Shown here: one piece after another, positions 12,126 to 25,540 of the stretch
Layout: every line of letters starts with the position of its first letter
How positions within the stretch are numbered: position 1 is the first letter of the stretch
DNA from: Eledone cirrhosa
Lineage: Eukaryota
Direction of reading: 5' to 3'
Assembly: GCA_964016885.1 (NCBI GenBank)
Contig: OZ024741.1
Span: 53,754,001-53,818,000, forward strand
DNA: 64,000 bases
The notes under the pieces: generated by a model
Seen by the model: the letters and a program-made list of their open reading frames with translations, nothing else
Database searches by the model: none
Told to the model about the DNA's origin: nothing
Translations under genes and position numbers: made by a program

Positions 12126-12520
12126 CAGAGTGATCTCCTCCCAGAGACAGGTCTTAATAAAATCTAGGGGTCTCTCGCTCCACGAAAAAAAGAACAAAAA
12201 CAAATCTTTATTGGATGACCGTTGATTCTCTTGAGTTCCCCAACCCTTTGACGGGTTTTGTTTTTCATCCCGCGGGGTGTCCAAATTCGCCTTCCTCACC
12301 AAGCAAGCTTGGTGGGGTTGCCGATTTAGTCGACGACAACCCGACCATGCACAGGTTGTACTAGGTTACATATACAACCTGCTCATGATCGGGTCGTCGG
12401 TGACTAAACTTGCGGCGTCGTTTGCATCCAATGACGAAGACTAGTTCTTCTTTTAGGGCAAATGTTCAGAGAGTGGGATTGGCCCCGTACAAAGCCTTAA
12501 CTCACATAAAAAAGCTTCAA
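12123..12520. mobile_element. Rearranged (partly inverted) copy of a SINE-like or LINE-5'UTR-like repeat
   Basis: 12123-12368 (minus) and 12370-12520 (plus) match parts of 42140-42480; a diverged copy lies at ~22700-23000. Confidence 0.6.
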
Positions 12521-12663
12521 GCACAGTCATCGCTTGATACGTGAAATGCTTTGCGATGCTTGATATTGCTGGCCATAGGCAAATCCCTAGCAAGACTAAA
12601 AAGCCTCGTTCGTTATGCTCATGCATCAAGCGATGATTTTACTCTAAATCGAGTTGCAGCCAT

Positions 12664-12790
<127 letters not shown>

Positions 12791-13011
12791 ATGTGTGTGT
12801 GTGTGCGCGCGCGTGTGTGTGTGTGTGTGTGTGTGTGTGTAGTGGACGTTGGTTATAATCGTAGGATTAAGTGGAGGAGCCGAACGTTAAAAGATTCAAT
12901 GCAATAGAAGTGAAGTGGTTAACTTCCTTTATATTCCGGGCTTTTACAGAAGTACTTTTATATCGTATTGTGAACTTACATACCAAACAAAAGTACTTAT
13001 GCAATTCATTG

Positions 13012-13049
<38 letters not shown>

Positions 13050-13112
13050 GCAACACACTCACACACACGCACACGCGCGGACACACACATACACATACAT
13101 ACGCGGACACAT

Positions 13113-13178
<66 letters not shown>

Positions 13179-13224
13179 ATATATATACACATATACATAT
13201 ATATATGTATCAATACTTAGATTG

Positions 13225-13302
13225 TATAAATGTATACACACTTTGATTACCTGTTCAGGCAATATTTATTAGAATGATGTATACATTCTTGGGACACCCG
13301 GT
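13225..13302. mobile_element. Partial Tc1/mariner-type MITE
   Basis: AATATTTATTAGAATG internal motif and TTGGGACACCCGGTA terminus shared with 9420-9520 and 49493-49589. Confidence 0.5.
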
Positions 13303-13494
13303 ATATGTTATATATATAGATAAGTGTATGTGTTTTTGTACAGTGTGAGAAAGTAAAAGAGACAGACAGTTCAGATTTCCATTTCCACTGCTGTTAATTT
13401 AATCTTATATCATTCTAGGTTTAATATGGAATGCTTTCAATAGTAAACTCTAAGGAGTTTGCCTACAGGAAACACTGAGTGATGATGATGAGGA

Positions 13495-13596
13495 CGAAGA
13501 AGAAGAAGAAGAAGAAGAAGAAGAAGAAGAAGAAGAAGAAGAAGAAGAAGAAGAAGAAGAAGAAGAAGAAGAAGAAGCATCAGCTGCAGCAGCAGC

Positions 13597-13650
<54 letters not shown>

Positions 13651-13693
13651 TGTAGCAGTAGCAGTAGTATTAGTAGTAAGAGCAGCAGCATTT

Positions 13694-13726
<33 letters not shown>

Positions 13727-13765
13727 CTAGTAGTAGTAGTAGTAGTAGTACTAGTAGTAGTAGTC
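13495..13765. repeat. Compound (GAA)n/(GCA)n/(GTA)n microsatellite
   Basis: Direct reading. Confidence 0.95.
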
Positions 13766-13930
13766 ACTGATGGTGTGGTGTAATGGTAGCACAACAATAA
13801 GGAGTACTAACCTGAGTAATGCTCTTACAAATCTTAACTAGTAACGACTAATCTTTTTCGGTCCCTATCTCCCTTTCTCTCCTCTCTCTCTCGACCACTC
13901 ACTCATTCTCTCTCTCTCTCTCTCTATGCG

Positions 13931-14830
<900 letters not shown>

Positions 14831-15724
14831 TATATATCTAAAACAGAGAATGTCTGTCTGTCTGTCTGTCCCCCTAACACTCGAGAACCACGGAACCGAT
14901 TTTTTTCAAACTTTACACAATGTAATACTTATGGTCGTGTGAGTGTTCTGAGCACAACATATTTCAAATTTTCAATGCTCTAGGGACCGCCTTAGGCGCC
15001 GCTTTGTGATCTCTCTCTCTCTCTTTCTTAGTCTGTCTTCTTAGATAGATACATAGCTATAACATCACGCCCTTATAATATATGTCTGTATGTCTGGCTG
15101 TGTGCATTACAACATTATGAAAACATAAAACGCAAAAGTATTTCGAAAAATGTTGCAACCGAAGGAAAACAGGAAGACGATACTTTGGTTCGTGAAGACG
15201 TTCCCTGGCAATGAACGGAAAAAAGCGAAGATAATACGTCAGCAATGGGAACATTATTCGCTCTAGGGTTCTTATATATTTGATATATATTTATCCTTAT
15301 CGAGCCCTCTTTGGTTCGATTAACACTATATATATATATATATATATTTACACACACTATATATAGCGAAGTCAATGTTTTCATAATGTCGTAATGCAGA
15401 TAGATGTATAGTTATAAATGTCGCGCCCCGGTTAAGACGGCCCTCATGGCCAGCAATTACGTAGTCAACGGATCGGAAATCACATGCATCACTGACGAGA
15501 TTACTCCTTACACTACCAGTTAGTCTTAGTGTACTTCGTCCTGCTTTTAAGTCATGCCTCGAAGGAAGGGATACTCCATTGGCCGAAATACTGCGAAAGC
15601 GGCAAGAAAGAGAACAAGGCGGGCAAACGAATCGCCAGTGGAATCTGCTATTCGACTGTAATGTTTCAGAAAGGAAGGACAAACATGACGTTTCTATGTG
15701 TAGAATCCCGGTCCATCCCGCTAA
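14831..15724 (+). mobile_element. Non-autonomous Helitron-like element, copy 2 (head-to-tail with copy 1)
   Basis: Same 5' block followed by (CTGT)n and AACCGATTTT...AAACTT typical of Helitron 5' regions. Shares a ~170-bp internal block and the 3' block (TGTTTCAGAAAGGA...TAGAATCCCG) with copy 1. Confidence 0.6.
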
Positions 15725-15829
15725 TATATATATATATATACAATAAACAAAGTTTCATACATTTACGAAATAAGCTCTCTTGCAACAGATTGAACACTAT
15801 TTTCCTTGATCATTAATCTACACAAACTC

Positions 15830-15944
<115 letters not shown>

Positions 15945-15975
15945 AATGTATATATAAATATATATATATATATAA

Positions 15976-16006
<31 letters not shown>

Positions 16007-16024
16007 CGTATACATACTTATATT

Positions 16025-16365
16025 TAAGTAACAGCCGTACTAAGAGTGAGAAATGAAATTTCGTTTCATTCTTTCCATTTATCGTTTTCGGTGCGCCCGG
16101 CCGACTAACTCACTCGATATGCAAATTAGGCTGCTCAGCCGTTAATATGCATAAGGAAAGTATATACTTTCAGACGTTCAATCATCTGGCAGGAAGGTAT
16201 ACGATGCTGACGATAGCTAATGAGCTTGAAACTAGTACATCGTTTCTTTGTCAGTGTTGAACAAAATGGCAACGATGGTTGCTAAACACTGTACGGCTTA
16301 ATCCGGGCTGTTTGTTTGTTTACAAACAAACCGAGCATTATAATAAATGTTCCATAAACTCACAC
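16025..16365 (+). mobile_element. Non-coding HHR-containing element, diverged relative of 56499-57400
   Basis: Colinear motifs AAGAGTGAG..GAAATTTCGTTTC..TTTATCGT..ACTC..ATGCAAATTAG.CTGC, then an HHR; flanked by TA-rich microsatellite. Confidence 0.65.
16201..16243 (+). ncRNA. Minimal type I hammerhead ribozyme
   Basis: ACGAUG-CUGACGA-U.AGCU.AAUG.AGCU.U-GAAA-CUAG-UA-CAUCGU. Perfect 6-bp stem I, palindromic stem III. Confidence 0.85.
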
Positions 16366-16432
16366 GTACATATATACATGTGTGCGTGTATGTATATATA
16401 TACATACTACTGTACGTCTGTATACATATATG

Positions 16433-16496
<64 letters not shown>

Positions 16497-16551
16497 CATA
16501 CATATATATATACATACAAACATACATATATATATATTTACGTATATATAT

Positions 16552-16585
<34 letters not shown>

Positions 16586-16588
<3 letters not shown>

Positions 16589-16780
16589 AAAATGTTCAAG
16601 ACCCCGACAGCAGAGCCCAAGCCGTTTCGGCGGCTGTTTCTGGACTGAAATAGCCGTCGAAACGGCTTGAGCTCTGCCGTGGGGGTCTTGAAATATGTTC
16701 CTATTACCCACTGTATTACCCTAAGTATTGAGTACTCTGGTGAGTTATGGTCCAATTGGTTCATTACCACACTTCCTTCG

Positions 16781-16782
<2 letters not shown>
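16586..16782. mobile_element. PLE family 2 mini-foldback in (TA)n
   Basis: Short minus arm 16586-16640, long plus arm with tail ending CTTCCTTCGTT(TA)n. Confidence 0.85.
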
Positions 16783-16828
<46 letters not shown>

Positions 16829-17564
16829 ACGTATGTACCAGCGAGTATTCCTAAGGCAATAGGGAATCTATCTACTATTCAACATCTTTGCGTGCTTTCA
16901 TTTCTTAATGGAAACCTATTCATTTTAAATTACTTTACTAAAGCCTTACCGATAAGCATTGATTCTAAGACAAACATTTTCCAATTTCTGCAGTAAACTG
17001 TTGGATTAAAAAAAAACCTATATATAGATATATATCAATATATTAGTTTGAAATATTTGGCTTATTACTAGCTTAATTGATTAAGTAAAAGCCATGAAAT
17101 TAACAGAGTGATAACGGTTTCGCTAATTCTTCAATTTTCCTGCATGTTTTTAAAGATTTACCCATTAAAAGCTTACAAAATGTTCAATGCTGAATAGAAG
17201 CTCATTCCAAGCAATTGGTACTTTATATATAAACAGCTCTATAATCTATGTATGGGGAAGTTTAAAATTTAAAAGCATAGAAAAATTGGAAAACAAATGT
17301 AACCAAAATCGATGAAATTCAAGTACCCGAAACATAATGTTCCTTCATTCTTTTACTTCTACGTAACGTAGTTTGGTACCCCCTCTGAGGCCCGAGGTGA
17401 CAATAATAGCTCCGAGTGCCGTTATTATGTAATCTCAAATTAAATAGACACACACACTCAAATAGAGGCAAATACAGAGAGACAGGGAGGTGGATGATAA
17501 AGACGAAGTGGGAAATAGATGCAGAGCGGGATGGAACACATTAATTGACGAGTACAATTTGTTA

Positions 17565-17692
17565 TCGATCTCGAAAGGATGAAAGTCAAAAATTACATCG
17601 GCGTGATTTGAACACTATGGCAGAGCGTTGAATCGAATACCAATAAGCCTTCTACTCGACGTTCTATCACGTCTGACAATTTGCCGCCTTGA
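17565..17692 (-). mobile_element. Degenerate MetaSINE-like SINE
   Basis: TATCGATCTCGAAAGGATGAAAG...GATTTGAAC...GCCGCC head. Confidence 0.6.
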
Positions 17693-17973
17693 TAATTTAA
17701 GCACCCTCAATTTATCGCGAAATTTCTGGAAGTAGAAAGAAATATGTGGCGAAGAGCACATAGTTATTTTAGTTATTCAACTTATGACCAACTTAGAGTC
17801 TGCATTATCTATGTATCAGTAACATCTTGTCAAACAATGTGACGTTTTTTCAGATGAAACGTTGATATATATTAATATATATGTATGTAAAATGTAAACA
17901 GAAATAGCAACACAATCGATACAGTATATGGAAGTAATATATTAGGTTAACGCTTGAAACAGCAGGAAGAGGA

Positions 17974-18009
17974 TCTTAACGTTTCGGACGCTAGTCCTTC
18001 ATCAGAAGA
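17974..18009 (-). ncRNA. Minimal type I hammerhead ribozyme (PLE-type)
   Basis: UCUU-CUGAUGA-A.GGAC.UAGC.GUCC-GAAA-CG-UU-AAGA; stem III is the palindrome AACGUU. Confidence 0.85.
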
Positions 18010-18126
18010 AAGAATAAGAAATGAGCTAGATTGAAGGGACGGGCGGGTTGGAATTGGTAAAATGACTTTAGATAAAAATAGCAGGTCCAGTCATAGTGAC
18101 ATCTCTTATATATATATATATATAAA

Positions 18127-18233
<107 letters not shown>

Positions 18234-19018
18234 TACAGAAGTAAAACCAAAGTTGTTATTCAAATTCCATCTTTAATTTCAACAATTGTTCCCATGGAGA
18301 GAAATGTAATGCCAATCAATCAATTTATAGACCAAGCAATAAATAATTAATCATTTATATGGCACAAAAACATATGGCCTTATTTCGCCAGGAAATATTG
18401 ATAGACACATGGAGGTACTTAACACACCAGGAAAATATAAATGCAAGCTTTCGACAAGCGAACGTCAGAATATGAAGGAAGTGATTTGTGTAATATGGTG
18501 GAATTATTGTAAAGAAGCATAATGTTAGAAGATAGCCTGCACGTATTTGAAAGTCACTGTATGTGGCTAAAACATTGAAATAAGAACATTCTAGTGTAAT
18601 GTTTAAATTAATCGAAACCATTATACTAACGCAGAGTGAAACAAGAACACTAATATCATCATTTTCATTCTACGAAGGCAAGCAGATGTTGATATATAGT
18701 TACAAAAATAAACGTTATATTATCTACCAGTGTCATTAACTTAAACGTAACTGTTAACCACGGTGCTGGCTTTTACGAGTAACAGACCGAATATATATTA
18801 GTGTAATGAACAAAGATTAGTCGCCTGCCGCCTATGTCGGCTCGCACCGTGGTAAGACGTTATATACAATTATGGGGATGTGAGCATGTCCCAGATAGAC
18901 TGACCGATTACTCAATGTTAAAAATTAATCACTAGAGTGCATAAAAGAAATGTACGTAAATCTAAGAAGGGAATGGCCACAAGACAATTATTGTACCTGA
19001 ATCTTAATGATTAACGTA

Positions 19019-19153
19019 CAGAAATAGCCGTCGAATCGGCTTGAGCTCTGCCGCCGGGGTCCTGAACCTTTTCCAATTACCCACTCTACTACCCAAAGTA
19101 TCGAGTACTTTGGTGCTTTATGGTCCACCTGGTTCCTTACCTCACTTCCTTCG

Positions 19154-19155
<2 letters not shown>
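19019..19155 (+). mobile_element. PLE family 2 3'-terminal fragment
   Basis: Matches 52895-53027 and ends in (TA)n; no inverted arm visible. Confidence 0.8.
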
Positions 19156-19228
<73 letters not shown>

Positions 19229-20680
19229 TACATATGCATACATATGTATATATACATACATATACACATACATATGTATATATATATACACACATATAAA
19301 TATAAACATATATATATATATTTTATACATATATATACATATATATATACATGTATACATATGATTTAAATAGGCACACGTACACACGTACACATTTACA
19401 CACGTACACATGTACACATGTACACATGCACGCTCACACACATACATACACACTCACACACATATCATACAAAAAGACCAACATGAATAACCACATGATG
19501 CCACGTTCACGTACACATGGACACAAGCCTATTTTGATTATGGATACGGATAACTCTGACATTTACACACCCTTCACCACGCATTGACAACCAAAACAAC
19601 AACATCATAAACTACATTCACATCATATATGATTAATTAAGATTCATCGCCCTACACTTCCCTAACATTAACCACTTAGCGTAATAAATATCCCTGACCA
19701 GCAAATTAGGTATTTACATGTGACAACAAATCTCTTGCAGGAACATTCTCTCTTGTAAAAGCACAACAATAAACATAACAACAACAACAACAACAAAAAA
19801 GAAAGAAATTTGGAAACTAAAACATGTAGAAAACATTGACTAATCGTTATACGAAAATAAATCATTGCATCATCTTGACAAGATGTCTGATTGTTTCATG
19901 GTTGTCGCGTTTTCTTATTATCATTTTTGTTATTATTATTGTTCTTGTTCTTGTTATTGTAGCTGTTGCTGTAGTTATTATTTTATTTTATTGTTGCTGT
20001 TATTGCGGCTATTCTTATTATTGTTTGTGTCATTATTATTGCTGTTATTCTTTGCTTCTTTCCATTTCTTTCTTGTTGCATATTATATTACTGTTCTATA
20101 TGTTACGCTCTTACAATTAAAATGGCGCACAATGTTCCGTTTATATATATGTTATATTTTTCTCTTTCTGTTTTTCTTTTCTTTTCGTATCAAAATGGCG
20201 TATGCTGAATTTGCGGTCTCCGGCTATTTCGTCTATTACTGGATTATTTCACCGTAGAGCGTTAAAATAAACAGCTTGCAGTTGTATGCGCTGTGGATGG
20301 TAGAGTGGTGACGACTGGAGAGGGTTAAATATTCTAAACATAAATTGTTTGACTCTGAGGAATATTATAATTATCTAATTTCAATATACGACCAACTTAT
20401 TTTCGAAAATAACAAAGAGCAAAAATACTGTGAAATAACCAAATCTCTTCTCCCCTTCTGGCTAGCTTAAACTATGATAAAAATATAAAGGGGGTTTAAA
20501 CTGATGAATTATATTGAGGATGTTTTAAATTCTCAAACATAGAAATAAAACCAATACCTGTTCTCTTAATAAAGCAATCAGTGAATTTGTTCATCCGTAT
20601 ATATAAGTCTGTGTATGGATATATATATATATGTATGTGCGTGCGTGTGTGTGCATGAATATATATAAATATATATACAT

Positions 20681-20738
<58 letters not shown>

Positions 20739-21382
20739 TTATATATATATATATGTGTGTATGTATGTATATATAAACAGATTCATATGTGCGTCTGTGT
20801 GATATTACATACTGATATATAAACAAATATATAGACGTATATACATACTTACATACATACTTACATGCATACATAAATACATACATACATACAAACATAC
20901 ATACATATACACACAGACAGACTGACAGACTGACAGACAGACAATACATACGTACATATATTCGTATTGTATTCCATGACTTCTATTTTACTCTTATATA
21001 GAAATCTCAAATGGTTTGTTTACTTAAGGCTTTTACAACGTTTAACGTAATGGCGCGGTTTCCCATAAATTGTAGCGTGTTAAGCGACAATGTTTTTATC
21101 TCTACATTAGCTGAGCGGCCACAAATATGTAGGTAAAGTCATATATAAGTCGATTATATTGACCTCAGTTATATGTCAACTACTTCTTTCTTTATCGATT
21201 GTTTGACGTTTGTTTCTGTTGTTTTAGTTATTTTGTTGTGGTTGCCAACGTCGTCGTAGTTTCATGTGCTGGAGGCATTGTTGCAGCTTATGCTGCTGAT
21301 GTTCTTTTTGTATGATGTGGTCATTGTTGTTGATGTTGTTATTGTTATTTTTGTTGTTCTTTCTGGTGTTGCTGTTGTTGGT

Positions 21383-21551
21383 TTCTTCTTCTTCTTCTTC
21401 TTCTTCTTCTTCTTCTTCTTCTTCTTCTTCTTCTTCTTCTTCTTCTTCTTCTTCTTCTTCTTCTTCTTCTTCTTCTTCTTCTTCTTCTTCTTCTTCTTCT
21501 TCTTCTTCTTCTTCTTCTTCTTCTTCTTCTTCTTCTTCTTCTTCTTCTTCT
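21383..21551. repeat. Long perfect (CTT)n microsatellite
   Basis: Direct reading. Confidence 0.95.
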
Positions 21552-22155
21552 ATCGCACGATGGTTTTTTTTGAATGGTTACCATACTCGTCGCCGCTACA
21601 CATTCACAATAATTCTATGGCCGTTGGAACATTGTACATCAACAGAATTGATAGTGACTACGTCCTCGGTACATAAAATGTCAAACGGAAATACAGCCAA
21701 GCAGTTAGTCCGATGTTCTAACGATTTTGCCAATCCAATAAAATTTAAACGGCACCACAGCAGTATTTAAGCTCAATACCGTAATGTAATTAATCCCCTT
21801 AGAGACAGGACAATTAAAACGACTGCAATATGCATTTATTTATTTAACTTATTTGTATTTTAAATAGCCATTTGTGAGCAGTTATGTCGTTTGTTGTAGA
21901 TATTCATCAGTCCATTCACTGTTTATTTGAAATTCTGACGCTGCCCTGTCCGAAAATTGTACTCATGACAGTGAGCCGAACACTATATTCAAAAAGCCAC
22001 ACGCTTTCATTCTTTTCCATATTTGTATATATCATAACTGATGCACTGTTCACTTTCCTGACATTTGTACGTTATTTATTCTACTATACATATACATGTG
22101 AGTAGTTGTAGTGCACCTGAGCACTGTACATAATCATTTTCATCATTAATATACA

Positions 22156-22285
22156 TTCTGAGTTCAAATCCCGCCGAGGTTAACTTTGCCTTTCATCCTT
22201 AAGGGGTCGATAAAATAAAGTACCAGGAATACACTGGGATAATTGCTGGCCTTGTGCCAAAAGTAGAAACAATTATTATTATTGT
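22156..22285 (+). mobile_element. 5'-truncated MetaSINE-like SINE with (ATT)n tail
   Basis: GAGTTCAAATCCCGCCGAGG (B box) + core + GTAGAAACAATTATTATT. Confidence 0.8.
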
Positions 22286-23796
22286 TGAAACACTAAACTC
22301 AATACACACATTCGTGTTTCTAAACTCCAAGCTAAAACAGTATAGCCTCTTCTAGTTATAGCCCCTCCCCACTCTTTATACCAATGTAAATATATTTATT
22401 ATTTCCTCAAGCATATTAGCCTCGTTCTCTGATTTCCTTCAACTTCTGTCGGGTTAGTCCAACATAATCCCTACTCGTCGCTGTTATTTTTATATAGGAG
22501 CCGTTAGCACTTATGATGTACTGAACTGCACAGCATAGCGAATATCACCATACCATCTTAAAGATTGTGGAACACGTTACATTATGTAGTCATATGTGAG
22601 AGAGTCATATCTGGACTGCATTTGATGCTACGCCTCTTGAACATGACTAAGCAGGGCTAATCTCATATCGCTTTCAAACGCTACAGTTAACATGTCACTC
22701 AGTAAAACCTGTCACATGGCTTCGGCAACAAATCCAGCAACTCCACCAAGCCTGCTGTGTGAGAAGGGTAATCTTTGGAGACCCAGTGGGATAAAAAACA
22801 AAACTCGTCAAAGGGTGGAGGATCTCAAGAGAGTCAACGGTTATCAAATAGTTTGTATGAAAAGCGGATAGACAGAGCCTTCGTTGGTAGTCTGTCTAGA
22901 AGGATCTTTTTGATTTCAAACCCGGAGTAGTTAGGACTCCTTGGCCACATTGGTGACAATTCAAGTGACCAACGGATTCATCCTTGTGTTAAAGGCGGAT
23001 GACCCACTAACCAAAAAAATGGTAGGACGTATTGCGTAATGTAGTCGTATATAAATAAATGCGCATGATCAAGGATGGTATGCCGTAGATCATATATCTG
23101 CTCGAGCACTGCTGAATTGAGACCATATAAACTATACAAGCCATTGATGTGGCATTACCGTAGTTATTGCACCTGATAAATGTAGCGGCTATATATCCCT
23201 CCAATCACAACCTACTGTCTTAAACGAAGTAAGAATATATTGCCTAACATAGCCAAGTGATTCGCTACATGGCATTTCGTTTTGCTAGAAATTGTAGCTG
23301 ATCTCTGTCAAATCACAAACAATCGTCTTCAAAATGGGAAGGTAACGTTGACCAGATAGACCACATCTGAAAAAGATACCAATTAACTGCTGTTGCTGAT
23401 ATTAGAAAGTTTCACTTGCATCGTCTCCCTACACTGAAGTTTCTGCATTTTAAGAAACTATATTAACTATCCTAATAAATTAAGACAAGCAATATTGTAA
23501 GAAATTCAGCCCTCTGAGGTATTCTTTGGAAGTAGAAAAAATATATTTAAAAGATAATATACGAACGTTGTTCTTGACCGAAAGAGTGTGGTGCGTTCAA
23601 TAACACGTGCATCGTTCGGCTGCTAAAGGAATACTGTACGAGTATATCAGGACAATATGGCAGGTTTGTAGTGAGCTATAAAAACACTTATGATACCCGT
23701 CTATATCAACTCAATGTGTATTATGGGTGTATTAATTTGATATAAGAAATTATTCTGCTTGATTTGATGCCGGCATTGTCATCTTTTTCATTCCCT

Positions 23797-23852
<56 letters not shown>

Positions 23853-24279
23853 TGTTGTTGTTGTTCTGGTTGTAATATTTGTAGTAATCATATTAGTAGT
23901 ATTAATATGTGATGATGGTGTTGGCGGTGATGGGGGTGGGGGTGGTCTGGTGGTGGCTATGGTGGAGATGGTGGTGGTGGTGGTGGTGGTCTGGTGGTGG
24001 TTGTGGTGGAGGTGGTGGTCTGGTGGTGGAATTGATGGCGGTGGAGGTGGATGTGGCGGTGGTGGAGGTGGAGGTGGTGGTGGTGGTCTGGTGGTGAAAT
24101 TGATGGTGGTGGAGGTGATGGTGGTGGTGGTGGTTTGCTGGTGGTTGTGGTGGAGGTGGTGAGATGAAATTGGGACTGGGATGAAGTTAAAGGTAATGGT
24201 GGTCATGTTGGTGATAATGATGTTGATGGTTTCATTTGTGGCAGCAGCTACTGAGAAGGGTAATGGTGGTGGTGGTGTT

Positions 24280-25147
24280 AGTATGGTTTGGTAACAATTA
24301 CATTAGTAATAGTAGTATGGGTTGGTAACAATTACATTAGTAGTAGTAGTATGGGTTGGTAACAATGACAGTACTAGTAGTAGTATGGGTTGGTAACAAT
24401 GACGTTAGTAGTAGTAGTATGGGTTGGTAACAATGACATTAGTAGTAGTAGTAGTATGGGTTGGTAACAATGACGTTAGTAGTAGTAGTATGGGTTGATA
24501 ACAATGGCATTAGTAGTAGTAGTATGGGTTGGTAACAATGAGATTAGTAGTAGTAGTATGGGTTGGTAACAATGACATTAGCAGTAGTAGTATGGGTTGG
24601 TAACAATGACATTAGTAGTAGTAGTATGGGTTGGTAACAATGGCATTAGTAGTAGTAGTATGGGTTGGTAACAATGAGATTAGTAGTAGTAGTATGGGTT
24701 GGTAACAATGACAGTAGTAGTAGTAGTATGGGTTGGTAACAATGACATTAGTAGTAGTAGTATGGGTTGGTAACAATGACATTAGTAGTAGTAGTAGTAT
24801 GGGTTGGTAACAATGACGTTAGTAGTAGTAGTATGGGTTGATAACAATGGCATTAGTAGTAGTAGTATGGGTTGGTAACAATGAGATTAGTAGTAGTAGT
24901 ATGGGTTGGTAACAATGACAGTAGTAGTAGTAGTATGGGTTGGTAACAATGGCATTAGTAGTAGTAGTAGTAGTATGGATTGGTAACAAAGACATTAGTA
25001 GTAGTAGTATGGGTTGGTAACAATGACAGTAGTAGTAGTAGTAGTATAGGTTGGTAACAATGACATTAGTAGTAGTAGTAGTAGTAGTAGTAGTATGGGT
25101 TGGTAACAATGACATTAGTAGTAGTAGTATGGGTTGGTAACAATGAC

Positions 25148-25199
<52 letters not shown>

Positions 25200-25324
25200 T
25201 GGGTTGGTAACAATGACAGTAGTAGTAGTAGTATGGGTTGGTAACAATGGCATTAGTAGTAGTAGTATGGGTTGGTAACAATGACATTTGTAGTAGTAGT
25301 AGTATGGGTTGGTAACAATGGCAT

Positions 25325-25362
<38 letters not shown>

Positions 25363-25493
25363 TGGGTTGGTAACAATGGCATTAGTAGTAGTAGTATGGG
25401 TTGGTAACAATGGCATTAGTAGTAGTAGTAGTATGGGTTGCTAACAATGATATTAGTAGTAGTAGTAGTAGTATGGGTTGGTAACAATGGCAT

Positions 25494-25540
<47 letters not shown>

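Noticed and set aside
20115-20260. Two AAAATGGCG (YY1-like / start-codon) motifs suggesting a promoter or first exon
   Set aside because: The frame closes within ~20 codons, with no convincing splice donor or supporting exons.
23795-24280. Pro/Thr-rich mucin- or formin-like ORFs (similar at 35757-36500)
   Set aside because: GGT/GTA trinucleotide low complexity without splice or domain support.
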